Source: Eubacteriales bacterium
GTDB taxonomy: Bacteria > Bacillota > JASUSC01
Reading direction: 5' to 3'
NCBI GenBank assembly: GCA_030446285.1
Contig: JASUSC010000001.1
Location: 1 to 63,535 of the forward strand
Length of the DNA stretch: 63,535 nucleotides
A model generated the notes under the pieces. The model was given only the letters and a program-made list of their open reading frames with translations, searched no databases and was not told the origin of the DNA. This document shows positions 1-7,359 of the stretch, in pieces. The position numbers and the translations under genes are program-made. How positions within the stretch are numbered: the stretch's first letter is position 1; the number at the start of each line of letters is the position of its first letter.

Positions 1-66
1 AGCAAATGAATACCGGCAATAAGGGTAGAGAAAACAGAGAAAAAGGGGAACAAAAAAAAGAAGGGT

Positions 67-89
67 GAGGGGGGTAACCCCCTCTTTTT
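67..89 (+). terminator. intrinsic terminator-like hairpin
   Basis: GAGGGGG-GTAA-CCCCCTC stem-loop followed by T5. It probably ends a gene lying upstream of the window. Confidence 0.55.
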
Positions 90-176
90 CCTTCCAGCAG
101 CTTTCTGTTGCTCCCTCCTTCCCTTTTCTGTTATAGTGAAAGCAGAAAAAGGCTGATCGAAAAGGGATGAAAAAAG

Positions 177-770
177 ATGAAAAACCAGGCAAACCTGCTG
201 CTATTCGTTCTTCTCGGCGCCGGAGCCGGATGGCTGGCCAATTTTCTTCTGCTACGCTCCCTCTTTTATCCCCGGCGGCCGGTAACAGTTCCTTTTTTCA
301 ACTTCACGCTGTGGGGGTTGTTACCCCGCCGGCAGGAAGAAGTGGCCCGGCTGGTAGGCAAATGGGTGGAGAAGGAATTCCTCGGGCCGGAGGGTTTATT
401 GACCCAGTTGGAAAAGCAGGGGATTACCGGCAGGCTGCAGGAGGAAATGGTGGCCGGGATCCTGAGGCGGGTGAAGGAAAAGATTCCCGCCCTGGTACCG
501 GGTGTTATCCGGGACCGCTTGTTAGCGGGGTTAGAAAAGGCCTTGCGGCGGGAAATTCAGGAGTTTATGCAGGCTTCACTGGCGCAGGCGGCGACTACCC
601 TGGAAGAAAAATTTCCCGTGGGTCAGATGGTGGAAAACCGCATCCGCGCTTTGGAGCTTTTAGAGCTGGAACGGACGCTGCACCGGGAAACGGTGCGGCT
701 TCCCGTAATTGGTGGAGTAATAGGTGCTTTGCTGGGAGTTCTTTTCTGGTTGCTGGATCTGGTATTATGA
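177..770 (+). CDS. DUF445-like membrane protein
   Basis: 197-aa ORF with an N-terminal TM segment (LLLFVLLGAGAGWLANFLLL), a C-terminal TM segment (VIGGVIGALLGVLFWLLDLVL) and a charged helical middle. A terminator-like hairpin follows at ~790-815. The overlapping 167..874 frame is Arg/Gly/Pro-rich and was rejected. Confidence 0.55.
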   Translation: MKNQANLLLFVLLGAGAGWLANFLLLRSLFYPRRPVTVPFFNFTLWGLLPRRQEEVARLVGKWVEKEFLGPEGLLTQLEKQGITGRLQEEMVAGILRRVKEKIPALVPGVIRDRLLAGLEKALRREIQEFMQASLAQAATTLEEKFPVGQMVENRIRALELLELERTLHRETVRLPVIGGVIGALLGVLFWLLDLVL

Positions 771-1072
771 GGGCTTTTTTGGTAAGCCGGCTTGGGCCGG
801 GTTTTTTCTTTCCCAGCAATTTTCCCAATTTAATAATTTTTGTGCAAAATTTTTTTGAGGCAGGAAAAAGCTAGGAGCAGGTTGAATATCTCTGCTTAAC
901 TATTTATCCATGTTGCAGGCCTGAGCTTGTCCGGCTGTTCACATTCTTTCGGATGACGAAAAATGACGGTGTGCGGCGTACCTTTCGACATGTTTTAAAA
1001 GGGGGAGGGTATTTTTTAGACTTAAAAAGCAGGAATCGGCGAATTTTTAGCGAATACACTAAAGAAAGGAGA

Positions 1073-1737
1073 ATGGAGTTTATGTACAAGATCCTGCGCA
1101 AAAAAGTCCTGTGTCCCACGCTGAAACTCTTCGAAGTCGAAGCACTGCACGTGGCCAGGAACTGCAAACCCGGACAGTTATTATTCTCCGCATTCACGAG
1201 AAGGGTGAACGGATCCCGTTGACCATTGCTGATTTTAACCGGGAAAAGGGAGCCATTACCATCGTCTTCGCGGAAGTGGGGAAAACCACTAAAGAACGTG
1301 GTACGCTGGAGGCTGGCGATACCATTCTCGATTTCGTGGGTCCTCTGGGCAGACCTTCCCACATTGAAAAGTTCGGCCGGGTAGTATGCGTAGGTGGAGG
1401 CGTAGGAGTAGCACCTGTCTTTCCCATCACCAGAGCTCTGAAAGAAACTGGCAACGAAATCATCAGCATTATCGGAGGGCGCTCGAAAGAACTTCTTTTT
1501 TGGGCTGATGAGAGGGTGGATGGTACCTGAATGTGCGGTGCCTGCCGGCTAACGGTGGGTAACGAGACCAAGTTTGCCTGTGTAGGTGATCCCAAATTTG
1601 ACGGGCATCTGGTGGACTTTGATAAGCAGATGCGCCGGACGGAAATTTTTGCCGATGAAGAGAAGAGAGCTCTGAAAGCCTTTACCTATGGAGGTGGTTG
1701 CGGATGTCATTATGATACCCACATGTTTCATCGGTAA
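1073..1737 (+). pseudogene. nfnA: NfnA-type (ferredoxin:NADP oxidoreductase small subunit, sulfide dehydrogenase/DHOD-electron-transfer-like) gene wreck
   Basis: The N-terminus MYKILRKKVLCPTLKLFEVEALHVARNCKPGQ continues in another frame as VIILRIHEKGERIPLTIADFNREKGAITIVF..GGGVGVAPVFPITRALKETGNEIISIIGGRSKELLFWADE, so there is a frameshift near 1165-1180. The sequence then reads RVDGT-TGA(1528-1530)-MCGACRLTVGNETKFACVGDPKFDGHLVDF, so the NAD-domain C-terminal half (~100 codons) is missing. A stop codon sits where homologues read VDGTGMCGACR. Confidence 0.8.
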
Positions 1738-2087
1738 CGAAGAAGGCTGGGTTGTGGACATGGAGTGTGTCTGAAGTACGAGCTGGGTGAACCCGATGAA
1801 TGCGGGCGTTGTTCTCCTGTTCCCATCCCCGGTTCCGAACACATCGTGGAAGTGGATATGTAATTGCTGTGGTCAGGGACCCAACCCGCTGGTGTCTCAG
1901 ACCACTGTTGGCCTGGAGACTACATAGGAAGGGAGATATCGTCGCTGACCCGGCGACCGGTGCTACTTCCAAGCCCCGGGTCTTTTCCGGCGACGACGTG
2001 GTTACCGGTGCGGCAACGGTTATTAAAGCCATGGGTGCCGGCCGGGTGGCGGCTAATGCCATCAATGAGCTCCTGAAGAACAGCTAA
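1712..2087 (+). pseudogene. nfnB: NfnB-type (GltD-like NADPH-dependent FAD subunit) C-terminal remnant
   Basis: Only the last ~120 codons are recognisable. They are spread over three frames: GNEEGWVVDMECV / ELGEPDECGR..PVPIPGSEHIVEVDM / GQGPNPLVSQTTVGLETT-TAG(1925-1927) / KGDIVADPATGATSKPRVFSGDDVVTGAATVIKAMGAGRVAANAINELL. The ~340 N-terminal codons are absent. Confidence 0.75.
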
Positions 2088-2220
2088 AGTTGCGGACGCT
2101 GCGGCCTTCCTTGAGAAGGGTGGGTCAGAGGTACCCTTTCTTTTGTGGGACGTGGCTTGGTTTGCTGTACATAGAACTGGCAGGGGGAACGGAGAAAAAA
2201 GGTGAGGAGGTCGGATAATC

Positions 2221-2853
2221 ATGTCCATGCTGGACAAAACCTGTCACGAGTTTATTGAAGTTCTTGCCTCCAAAGCTCCTGTTCCTGGGGGCGGCGGAGC
2301 GGCTGCTTTAGGAGGAGCCATTGGAATGGCCCTCTCCAACATGGTTGGCAACCTGACGGTGGGTAAGAAGAAGTACGCTGATGTAGAAGAAGAAGTGAAG
2401 GAGCTCATTGCCAAAGGGAGCAAAATTATTGAAGAGTTGAAGACCCTGGTTGACAAAGATGCGGAAGCGTTTGAGCCCCTCTCCAAAGCTTACGGGCTGC
2501 CCGCGGAAACGGAAGAGCAGAAGAAGATAAAAGAAGAAACTTTAGAGAAGTGCTCCAAGGACGCCTGCTCTGTGCCCATGGAAATCATGCGCAAGGCCTT
2601 TGAAGGGATCAAAATCCACCACCGCATGGGTCAGATTGGTTCCATGCTGGCAATCTCCGACGTGGGCTGCGGTGTGGTCTTCCTCAAAGCCGCTCTGATC
2701 AGCGGGATGCTCAATGTTATTATCAACCTCAACACCATTAAAGACCAGGAGTTTGTCAACAAGACCAAAGCAGAAATGGAGCAACTCCTCAACGAAGGCA
2801 GCAAAATTGCCGACGAGACACTGGAGATGGTCATTAATAAAATCAAAAAATAG
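2221..2853 (+). CDS. cyclodeaminase/cyclohydrolase family protein (FTCD C-terminal domain, FchA-like methenyl-THF cyclohydrolase)
   Basis: 210 aa with the motif SKAPVPGGGGAAALGGAIGMALSNMVGNLTVGKKKY typical of the family. It lies directly upstream of folD. Confidence 0.8.
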   Translation: MSMLDKTCHEFIEVLASKAPVPGGGGAAALGGAIGMALSNMVGNLTVGKKKYADVEEEVKELIAKGSKIIEELKTLVDKDAEAFEPLSKAYGLPAETEEQKKIKEETLEKCSKDACSVPMEIMRKAFEGIKIHHRMGQIGSMLAISDVGCGVVFLKAALISGMLNVIINLNTIKDQEFVNKTKAEMEQLLNEGSKIADETLEMVINKIKK

Positions 2854-2878
2854 GAAAACAGTGGCGGGAGGGTAAAAA

Positions 2879-3742
2879 ATGGCGGAAAGACTCACCGGTA
2901 AACCGGTGGCGGATGCGATTAAAGAGGAACTGAAAGGAAAAATAGCCAACTTGAAGGCCAAAGGTATCGTGCCCAAGCTGGGGATTATCCGGGTAGGGGC
3001 TCGGCCCGATGACCTTTATTACGAAGGTGGGGCCAAAAAAACCTGCGAATCTATCGGAATGGAGTACGAAGTTTTTGAGTATCCCCAGGATATCGACCAG
3101 GCTTCTTTTGAAAAAGCCGTTGCCGAAGTAGGAGCGCGGAAAGATATCCACGGCATTCTTATGTTCAGCCCGCTGCCCAAGCACCTGGACGAGCGCAAAA
3201 TCCGGGCGCTGATTCCGGTGGAGAAGGACGTTGACTCCCTCACTCTGGCCAGTGCGGGGAAAGTTTTTGCCGATGACCCCACCGGTTTCCCGCCCTGCAC
3301 GCCGACGGCGGTAATGGAAATCCTGAAATATTACAACATCCCCCTGCAGGGCAAGAGAGCCGTTGTTCTCGGCCGTTCTATGGTAGTTGGTAAACCGGCA
3401 GCGATTCTCTTGCTGCGGGAGAATGCTACCGTCACCATCTGCCATTCCCGGACCCAGAACCTGCCCGACGTGTGCCGGGAGGCCGATATCCTGGTAGCCG
3501 CGGTTGGCCGAGCAAAAATGGTGAAGGAGAACTTTGTGAAGCCGGGCATGGTGGTTATTGACGTGGGTATCAATGAGGACCCCGACAACCCCGGCAAGTA
3601 CTGCGGCGACGTGGATTTCGAAAAAGTGGAGCCCATCGTGGACAAAATTACGCCGGTTCCTGGCGGCGTAGGTTCGGTAACCACGGCGGTGCTTTGCAAG
3701 CACACGGTTAAAGCTTGCGAAATGTTGAACGGTTTAGCATAA
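2879..3742 (+). CDS. folD: bifunctional 5,10-methylene-THF dehydrogenase / methenyl-THF cyclohydrolase
   Basis: 287 aa. Motifs: [59 protein letters not shown]. Confidence 0.95.
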   Translation: MAERLTGKPVADAIKEELKGKIANLKAKGIVPKLGIIRVGARPDDLYYEGGAKKTCESIGMEYEVFEYPQDIDQASFEKAVAEVGARKDIHGILMFSPLPKHLDERKIRALIPVEKDVDSLTLASAGKVFADDPTGFPPCTPTAVMEILKYYNIPLQGKRAVVLGRSMVVGKPAAILLLRENATVTICHSRTQNLPDVCREADILVAAVGRAKMVKENFVKPGMVVIDVGINEDPDNPGKYCGDVDFEKVEPIVDKITPVPGGVGSVTTAVLCKHTVKACEMLNGLA

Positions 3743-3766
3743 TAAAGTAAAGGGCCTGTTCCTTGA

Positions 3767-3792
3767 ACCCCCGGTCCTGCCGGGGGTTTTTT
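3767..3792 (+). terminator. intrinsic terminator after folD
   Basis: ACCCCCGG-TCCTG-CCGGGGGT stem followed by T6. Confidence 0.8.
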
Positions 3793-3825
3793 AATAGGAC
3801 CGGCAAAGACGGGAGAGGAAAGCAA

Positions 3826-5064
3826 ATGAACGGAATCCTCACCGTTTCCCAGCTCAATCAGCAAATCAAGGAATACCTGGGAATAAACCCTTTTTTCTCC
3901 AATGTATGGGTGCGAGGAGAGATTTCGAATTTTCGTCACCACTCATCCGGCCACATGTATTTCACCCTCAAAGATGAGGAATCGTCTCTGCGGGCGGTGA
4001 TGTTTCGCTCCCGGACGCTGTATTTGGAGTTTACGCCTTACAACGGTTTAGCGGTAATCGCTCGAGGTGAGGTTTCGGTTTATCCGCGGGATGGGGTTTA
4101 CCAGCTTTATGTGGCCGAAATGTTCCCCGACGGAATTGGCAGCGTGTATCTTGGTTTGCAGCAACTGAAGGCAAAACTGGAGGCAGAAGGGCTTTTTGCT
4201 CCAGATCGAAAAAAACCCCTGCCTTTTTTGCCAAAAAAGATAGGAATAGTTACTTCGCTGCAGGGAGCGGCAGTCAGGGACATGATAGCTGTTCTCAGCC
4301 GCAGATTTCCTGGTCTGGAGCTGTTGGTTGTGCCTGTAACGGTACAGGGAGAAAGGGCGGCCGGGGAAATAGTGGAGGCTATTGAGATTCTTAACCGCCT
4401 GCGCTTAGTGGATGTGATAATTATCGGTCGCGGCGGTGGCTCTCAGGAAAATTTATGGGCTTTTAACCAGGAAGAAGTTGTCAGGGCAGTAGCGGCATCC
4501 CGGATACCGGTGATTTCCGCTGTGGGCCACGAGACCGATTATACCCTAACTGATTTGGCGGCTGACCGGCGGGCTCCTACACCTTCGGCTGCGGCAGAAC
4601 TGGCGGTGCCGGAAAAGGAGAGTTTACTCCTGCGGGTGGTAGAACTCAATACGCGGGCCAGGCGAGCTCTGCAACGATGGGTGGAGAACTTCCGTCTGCG
4701 ACTGGAACGGCTGGAAAAAAGCCGCTACCTCCAAAATCCAAAGGAAATTGTCTCTACTCGCCGGGAGAAGTTAGAACTGCTTACTCAACGGTTACAGCAT
4801 CTTATCGAACGGCACCTGATGGACAGGGAGCAGACCCTTGCTCTGCTGGCAGAAAAGCTGGATGCCTTGAGCCCCCTCAAGGTTTTGCAGCGGGGCTATG
4901 CCCTGGTGGAAAAAGAAGACGGGGCCCTGGTGAAGGCGGCGGAAGGGCTGGAGCCCGGTGAGAGGATCAGGGTAAAGTTTGCCAAGGGAATGGTACTCAG
5001 CCGGGTGGAAAGGGTGGTAAAAGGAGGGGTAGCGGATGAAAAGGGGAGAGAGAACGGCTGCTGA
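3826..5064 (+). CDS. xseA: exodeoxyribonuclease VII large subunit
   Basis: MNGILTVSQLNQQIKEYL..VWVRGEISNF..HSSGHMYFTLKD plus GRGGGSQENLWAFN. I chose the ATG at 3826 rather than the ORF-track start at 3763, which lies inside the folD terminator. Confidence 0.93.
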   Translation: MNGILTVSQLNQQIKEYLGINPFFSNVWVRGEISNFRHHSSGHMYFTLKDEESSLRAVMFRSRTLYLEFTPYNGLAVIARGEVSVYPRDGVYQLYVAEMFPDGIGSVYLGLQQLKAKLEAEGLFAPDRKKPLPFLPKKIGIVTSLQGAAVRDMIAVLSRRFPGLELLVVPVTVQGERAAGEIVEAIEILNRLRLVDVIIIGRGGGSQENLWAFNQEEVVRAVAASRIPVISAVGHETDYTLTDLAADRRAPTPSAAAELAVPEKESLLLRVVELNTRARRALQRWVENFRLRLERLEKSRYLQNPKEIVSTRREKLELLTQRLQHLIERHLMDREQTLALLAEKLDALSPLKVLQRGYALVEKEDGALVKAAEGLEPGERIRVKFAKGMVLSRVERVVKGGVADEKGRENGC

Positions 5065-5341
5065 GGTAAAGAGCGACCTTTCTTTCGAGGAAGCCCTGGC
5101 GCGCCTGGAAGAAGTGGTGCGGGTGCTGGAAGAGGGGAATCTGCCTCTGGAAGAGGTGCTGAACCTCTTCCAGGAAGGGATTAGTTTAAGCCGTTTCTGT
5201 CATGCCTGCCTGCGGGAAGCGGAAACGAAAATAGAGGTTTTGTTGCGCGAGGAAGAAAACATGCGGATTGTTTCCCTGGAAGAGGCAGGACTGGTTTTGA
5301 GCGGAGAAAGAGGACTGGAGGAAGAAGAAGATGAAGTTTGA
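5036..5341 (+). CDS. xseB: exodeoxyribonuclease VII small subunit
   Basis: LSFEEALARLEEVVRVLEEGNLPLEEVLNLFQEGISLSRFC. It overlaps the xseA 3' end and is followed by ispA, the classical xseA-xseB-ispA order. Confidence 0.9.
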   Translation: MKRGERTAAEVKSDLSFEEALARLEEVVRVLEEGNLPLEEVLNLFQEGISLSRFCHACLREAETKIEVLLREEENMRIVSLEEAGLVLSGERGLEEEEDEV

Positions 5342-6230
5342 CCGGGAAAAAATGCTGGCGAAATGGCAGGAAAAAGCTCGGCTGGTGGATCGGGCTTTAG
5401 AGGAGTTGTTGCCTCCGTCCGACAGGGAGCCGGCGGTAATTCACCAGGCCATGCGCTACTCTCTCTTTGCCGGGGGAAAAAGAATCCGCCCCGTCCTCAC
5501 GCTGGCGGCGGCTGAAGTAGCTGGCGGGAACTGGCGTGATGCTCTTCCGGCTGCCTGTGCTTTGGAGATGATTCATACCTATTCCCTCATTCATGACGAC
5601 CTGCCTGCCATGGACAACGACGATTTCCGCCGGGGCAAACCCACCTGCCACCGGGTGTACGGGGAAGGGATGGCTATCCTTGCCGGCGACGCCCTTCTTA
5701 CCTTAGCTTTTCAGGTGCTGGCGGAAGCGGCGACCGGGAAAGAGGCCCAGCGGTACATACAGGTGATTGCCGAGATTGCAGCGGCTGCGGGGACGGCCGG
5801 CATGGTGGGCGGTCAGGTTATGGATTTACAGGCCGAAAATCAGGTGATTGACGGAACTACAATGGCCAAAATCCATTCTCTTAAGACGGGTGCTCTCATT
5901 CGGGCGGCAGTTCGCAGCGGAGCCTTGCTGGCCGGGGCAGAGGAAGATGTTCTCCAGGTGCTGACGGTGTACGCGGAAAAATTCGGTTTGGCTTTTCAGA
6001 TAACCGATGATATTTTGGATGAGGTAGGGGAGGCTGCGAAAATGGGCAAAAATCCGGGAAGCGACCGTCGCAAACAAAAGGCTACCTATCCTTCCCTTTA
6101 CGGTCTTGAGGTGGCCCGGGAAAAGGCGCGGGAGGCGGTGGAGGAAGCTGTGGTCGTATTAAAACCTCTCGGAGAAAGGGCGGAGTTTCTCGAGTTTTTG
6201 GCCTGTTATTTGCTGGAGAGGGAAGGTTGA
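5331..6230 (+). CDS. ispA: polyprenyl (farnesyl/geranylgeranyl) diphosphate synthase
   Basis: First and second Asp-rich motifs are present: LIHDDLPAMDNDDFRRG and FQITDDILD. Confidence 0.92.
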   Translation: MKFDREKMLAKWQEKARLVDRALEELLPPSDREPAVIHQAMRYSLFAGGKRIRPVLTLAAAEVAGGNWRDALPAACALEMIHTYSLIHDDLPAMDNDDFRRGKPTCHRVYGEGMAILAGDALLTLAFQVLAEAATGKEAQRYIQVIAEIAAAAGTAGMVGGQVMDLQAENQVIDGTTMAKIHSLKTGALIRAAVRSGALLAGAEEDVLQVLTVYAEKFGLAFQITDDILDEVGEAAKMGKNPGSDRRKQKATYPSLYGLEVAREKAREAVEEAVVVLKPLGERAEFLEFLACYLLEREG

Positions 6231-6304
6231 ACCTGCCGGGAAAACATTTTATGGTAATCAGTACCCCCGTCCCGGCATAGAGTTATAGGGCGGGGGGAAT
6301 TTTT

Positions 6305-6940
6305 ATGTTTTTCCGGCGGCTTAAGGTGCCTTTGTTCTGGCAGGAAAATTGGGGGAAGTTTCTGCTGGTTTTCCTTTTTTACCTGGGCGGGCTAGTAGCG
6401 GGATCGATAACGGTGAAATTCGTCGGTGCCGCTCAATACAAAGACATGGCGGATGGAATAGGTTTTCTCGTTAAGAATATGAAGGCAGGCGGAGAAATTG
6501 ATCGGTATGGCCTGGCGCTGAAAGCAATGCAGAAAAACTTCCTTGACTTTGCGGTTATTTATTTTGCTGGCCTTTCGGTAGTGGGCTTTCCCCTGGTTGG
6601 AGTGTGGCTGGCCTGGCGGGGGTTCCGTCTCGGTTTTACGGTGGGGTTTCTGGCCCGGGTTAAGTCCTACCAGGGGCTAATCCTGGGGACGGTTGCCCTT
6701 CTCCCTCATCAACTGCTGGAAATTCCGGTTTTTTTTCTCGCCGGAGCCCTTGCTTTCGGTTTTTCCCTATCGCTGCTCCGGGGGCGCAGGGAAATCGGCA
6801 GGGCCGGGGTGGGACGGAGACTTATTCTGTATACGGTCATGATGCTGTTGCTGGGACTAGTTCTCTTTCTGGGGTGTTTGGTGGAAGGCTATCTTTCCCC
6901 TGCCGTTGCCCACCTCGTTGTCCGCTACCTTTCTTTTTAA
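6305..6940 (+). CDS. spoIIM: stage II sporulation protein M
   Basis: 211-aa polytopic membrane protein. The blocks GFRLGFTVGFL, LLPHQLLEIPVFFLAGALAFGFSL and EGYLSP parallel Bacillus SpoIIM (DUF95). Confidence 0.75.
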   Translation: MFFRRLKVPLFWQENWGKFLLVFLFYLGGLVAGSITVKFVGAAQYKDMADGIGFLVKNMKAGGEIDRYGLALKAMQKNFLDFAVIYFAGLSVVGFPLVGVWLAWRGFRLGFTVGFLARVKSYQGLILGTVALLPHQLLEIPVFFLAGALAFGFSLSLLRGRREIGRAGVGRRLILYTVMMLLLGLVLFLGCLVEGYLSPAVAHLVVRYLSF

Positions 6941-7003
6941 GGGCAGGGGTAAATTCGGGACGGGTTTGCTGGGAGAATTTGATTGGGGGAAAAGATGAAG
7001 CGA

Positions 7004-7213
7004 TTTTAGCGACTTTAACGCTCGCTCTAAATTCGCCGGCCTAACTTGCCCTAAAACTCGTCGCCGTAAGCCAAAGGCCGCCGGCTACACGGCATCCGTG
7101 CCGTGAAATCCGGCTGGCCCAAACGTCCTGTTTGGGCCCTGGATGCTGCTCCGGCTTCTTCGTTAAGGGCAAGTAGCGGCCGCGAAAAGTCGCTCACTAT
7201 AAAGTCGCTAAAA
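7004..7213. repeat. 210-nt long imperfect palindrome / candidate structured RNA (unclassified)
   Basis: There is a 13-bp perfect closing helix TTTTAGCGACTTT (7004-7016) / AAAGTCGCTAAAA (7201-7213). Further helices are 7032-7036/7182-7186, 7038-7041/7178-7181 and 7044-7052/7166-7174. Two apical hairpins lie at 7088-7105 and 7116-7138. No ORF is present. Confidence 0.6.
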
Positions 7214-7359
7214 ATTCGGCTCCCTTAAAACAAGAACCCGGTAACCCAGGAAAAAGTGTTGCTGATAACCTGACACCGGTAGGCGGATTTTTGGTACATT
7301 TCGGCTGTGGTATAATTTTTAGTGTAGCAATTTAGTTTTGGAAACAGGGGGAAGCTTTT

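Noticed and set aside
167-874. 235-aa + strand ORF overlapping the DUF445-like gene in another frame
   Set aside because: The composition is Gly/Arg/Pro/Ala-rich, and the alternative 177..770 frame gives a sensible two-TM membrane protein.
2843-3703. 286-aa minus-strand ORF opposite folD; likewise 10612..11421 opposite trpS, 21388..22095 opposite lysA, 18440..19156 opposite ddl, 56423..57148 opposite trpB2 and 58052..58690 opposite proB
   Set aside because: Each lies entirely within a confidently identified gene on the other strand and shows no family features.
6941-7359. OLE RNA, expected by gene context (xseA-xseB-ispA neighbourhood)
   Set aside because: The whole gap is only 419 nt (OLE is ~600 nt), and I recognise none of its conserved segments. 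No oapA-like or dxs genes follow. It is kept only as a generic structured-RNA candidate.
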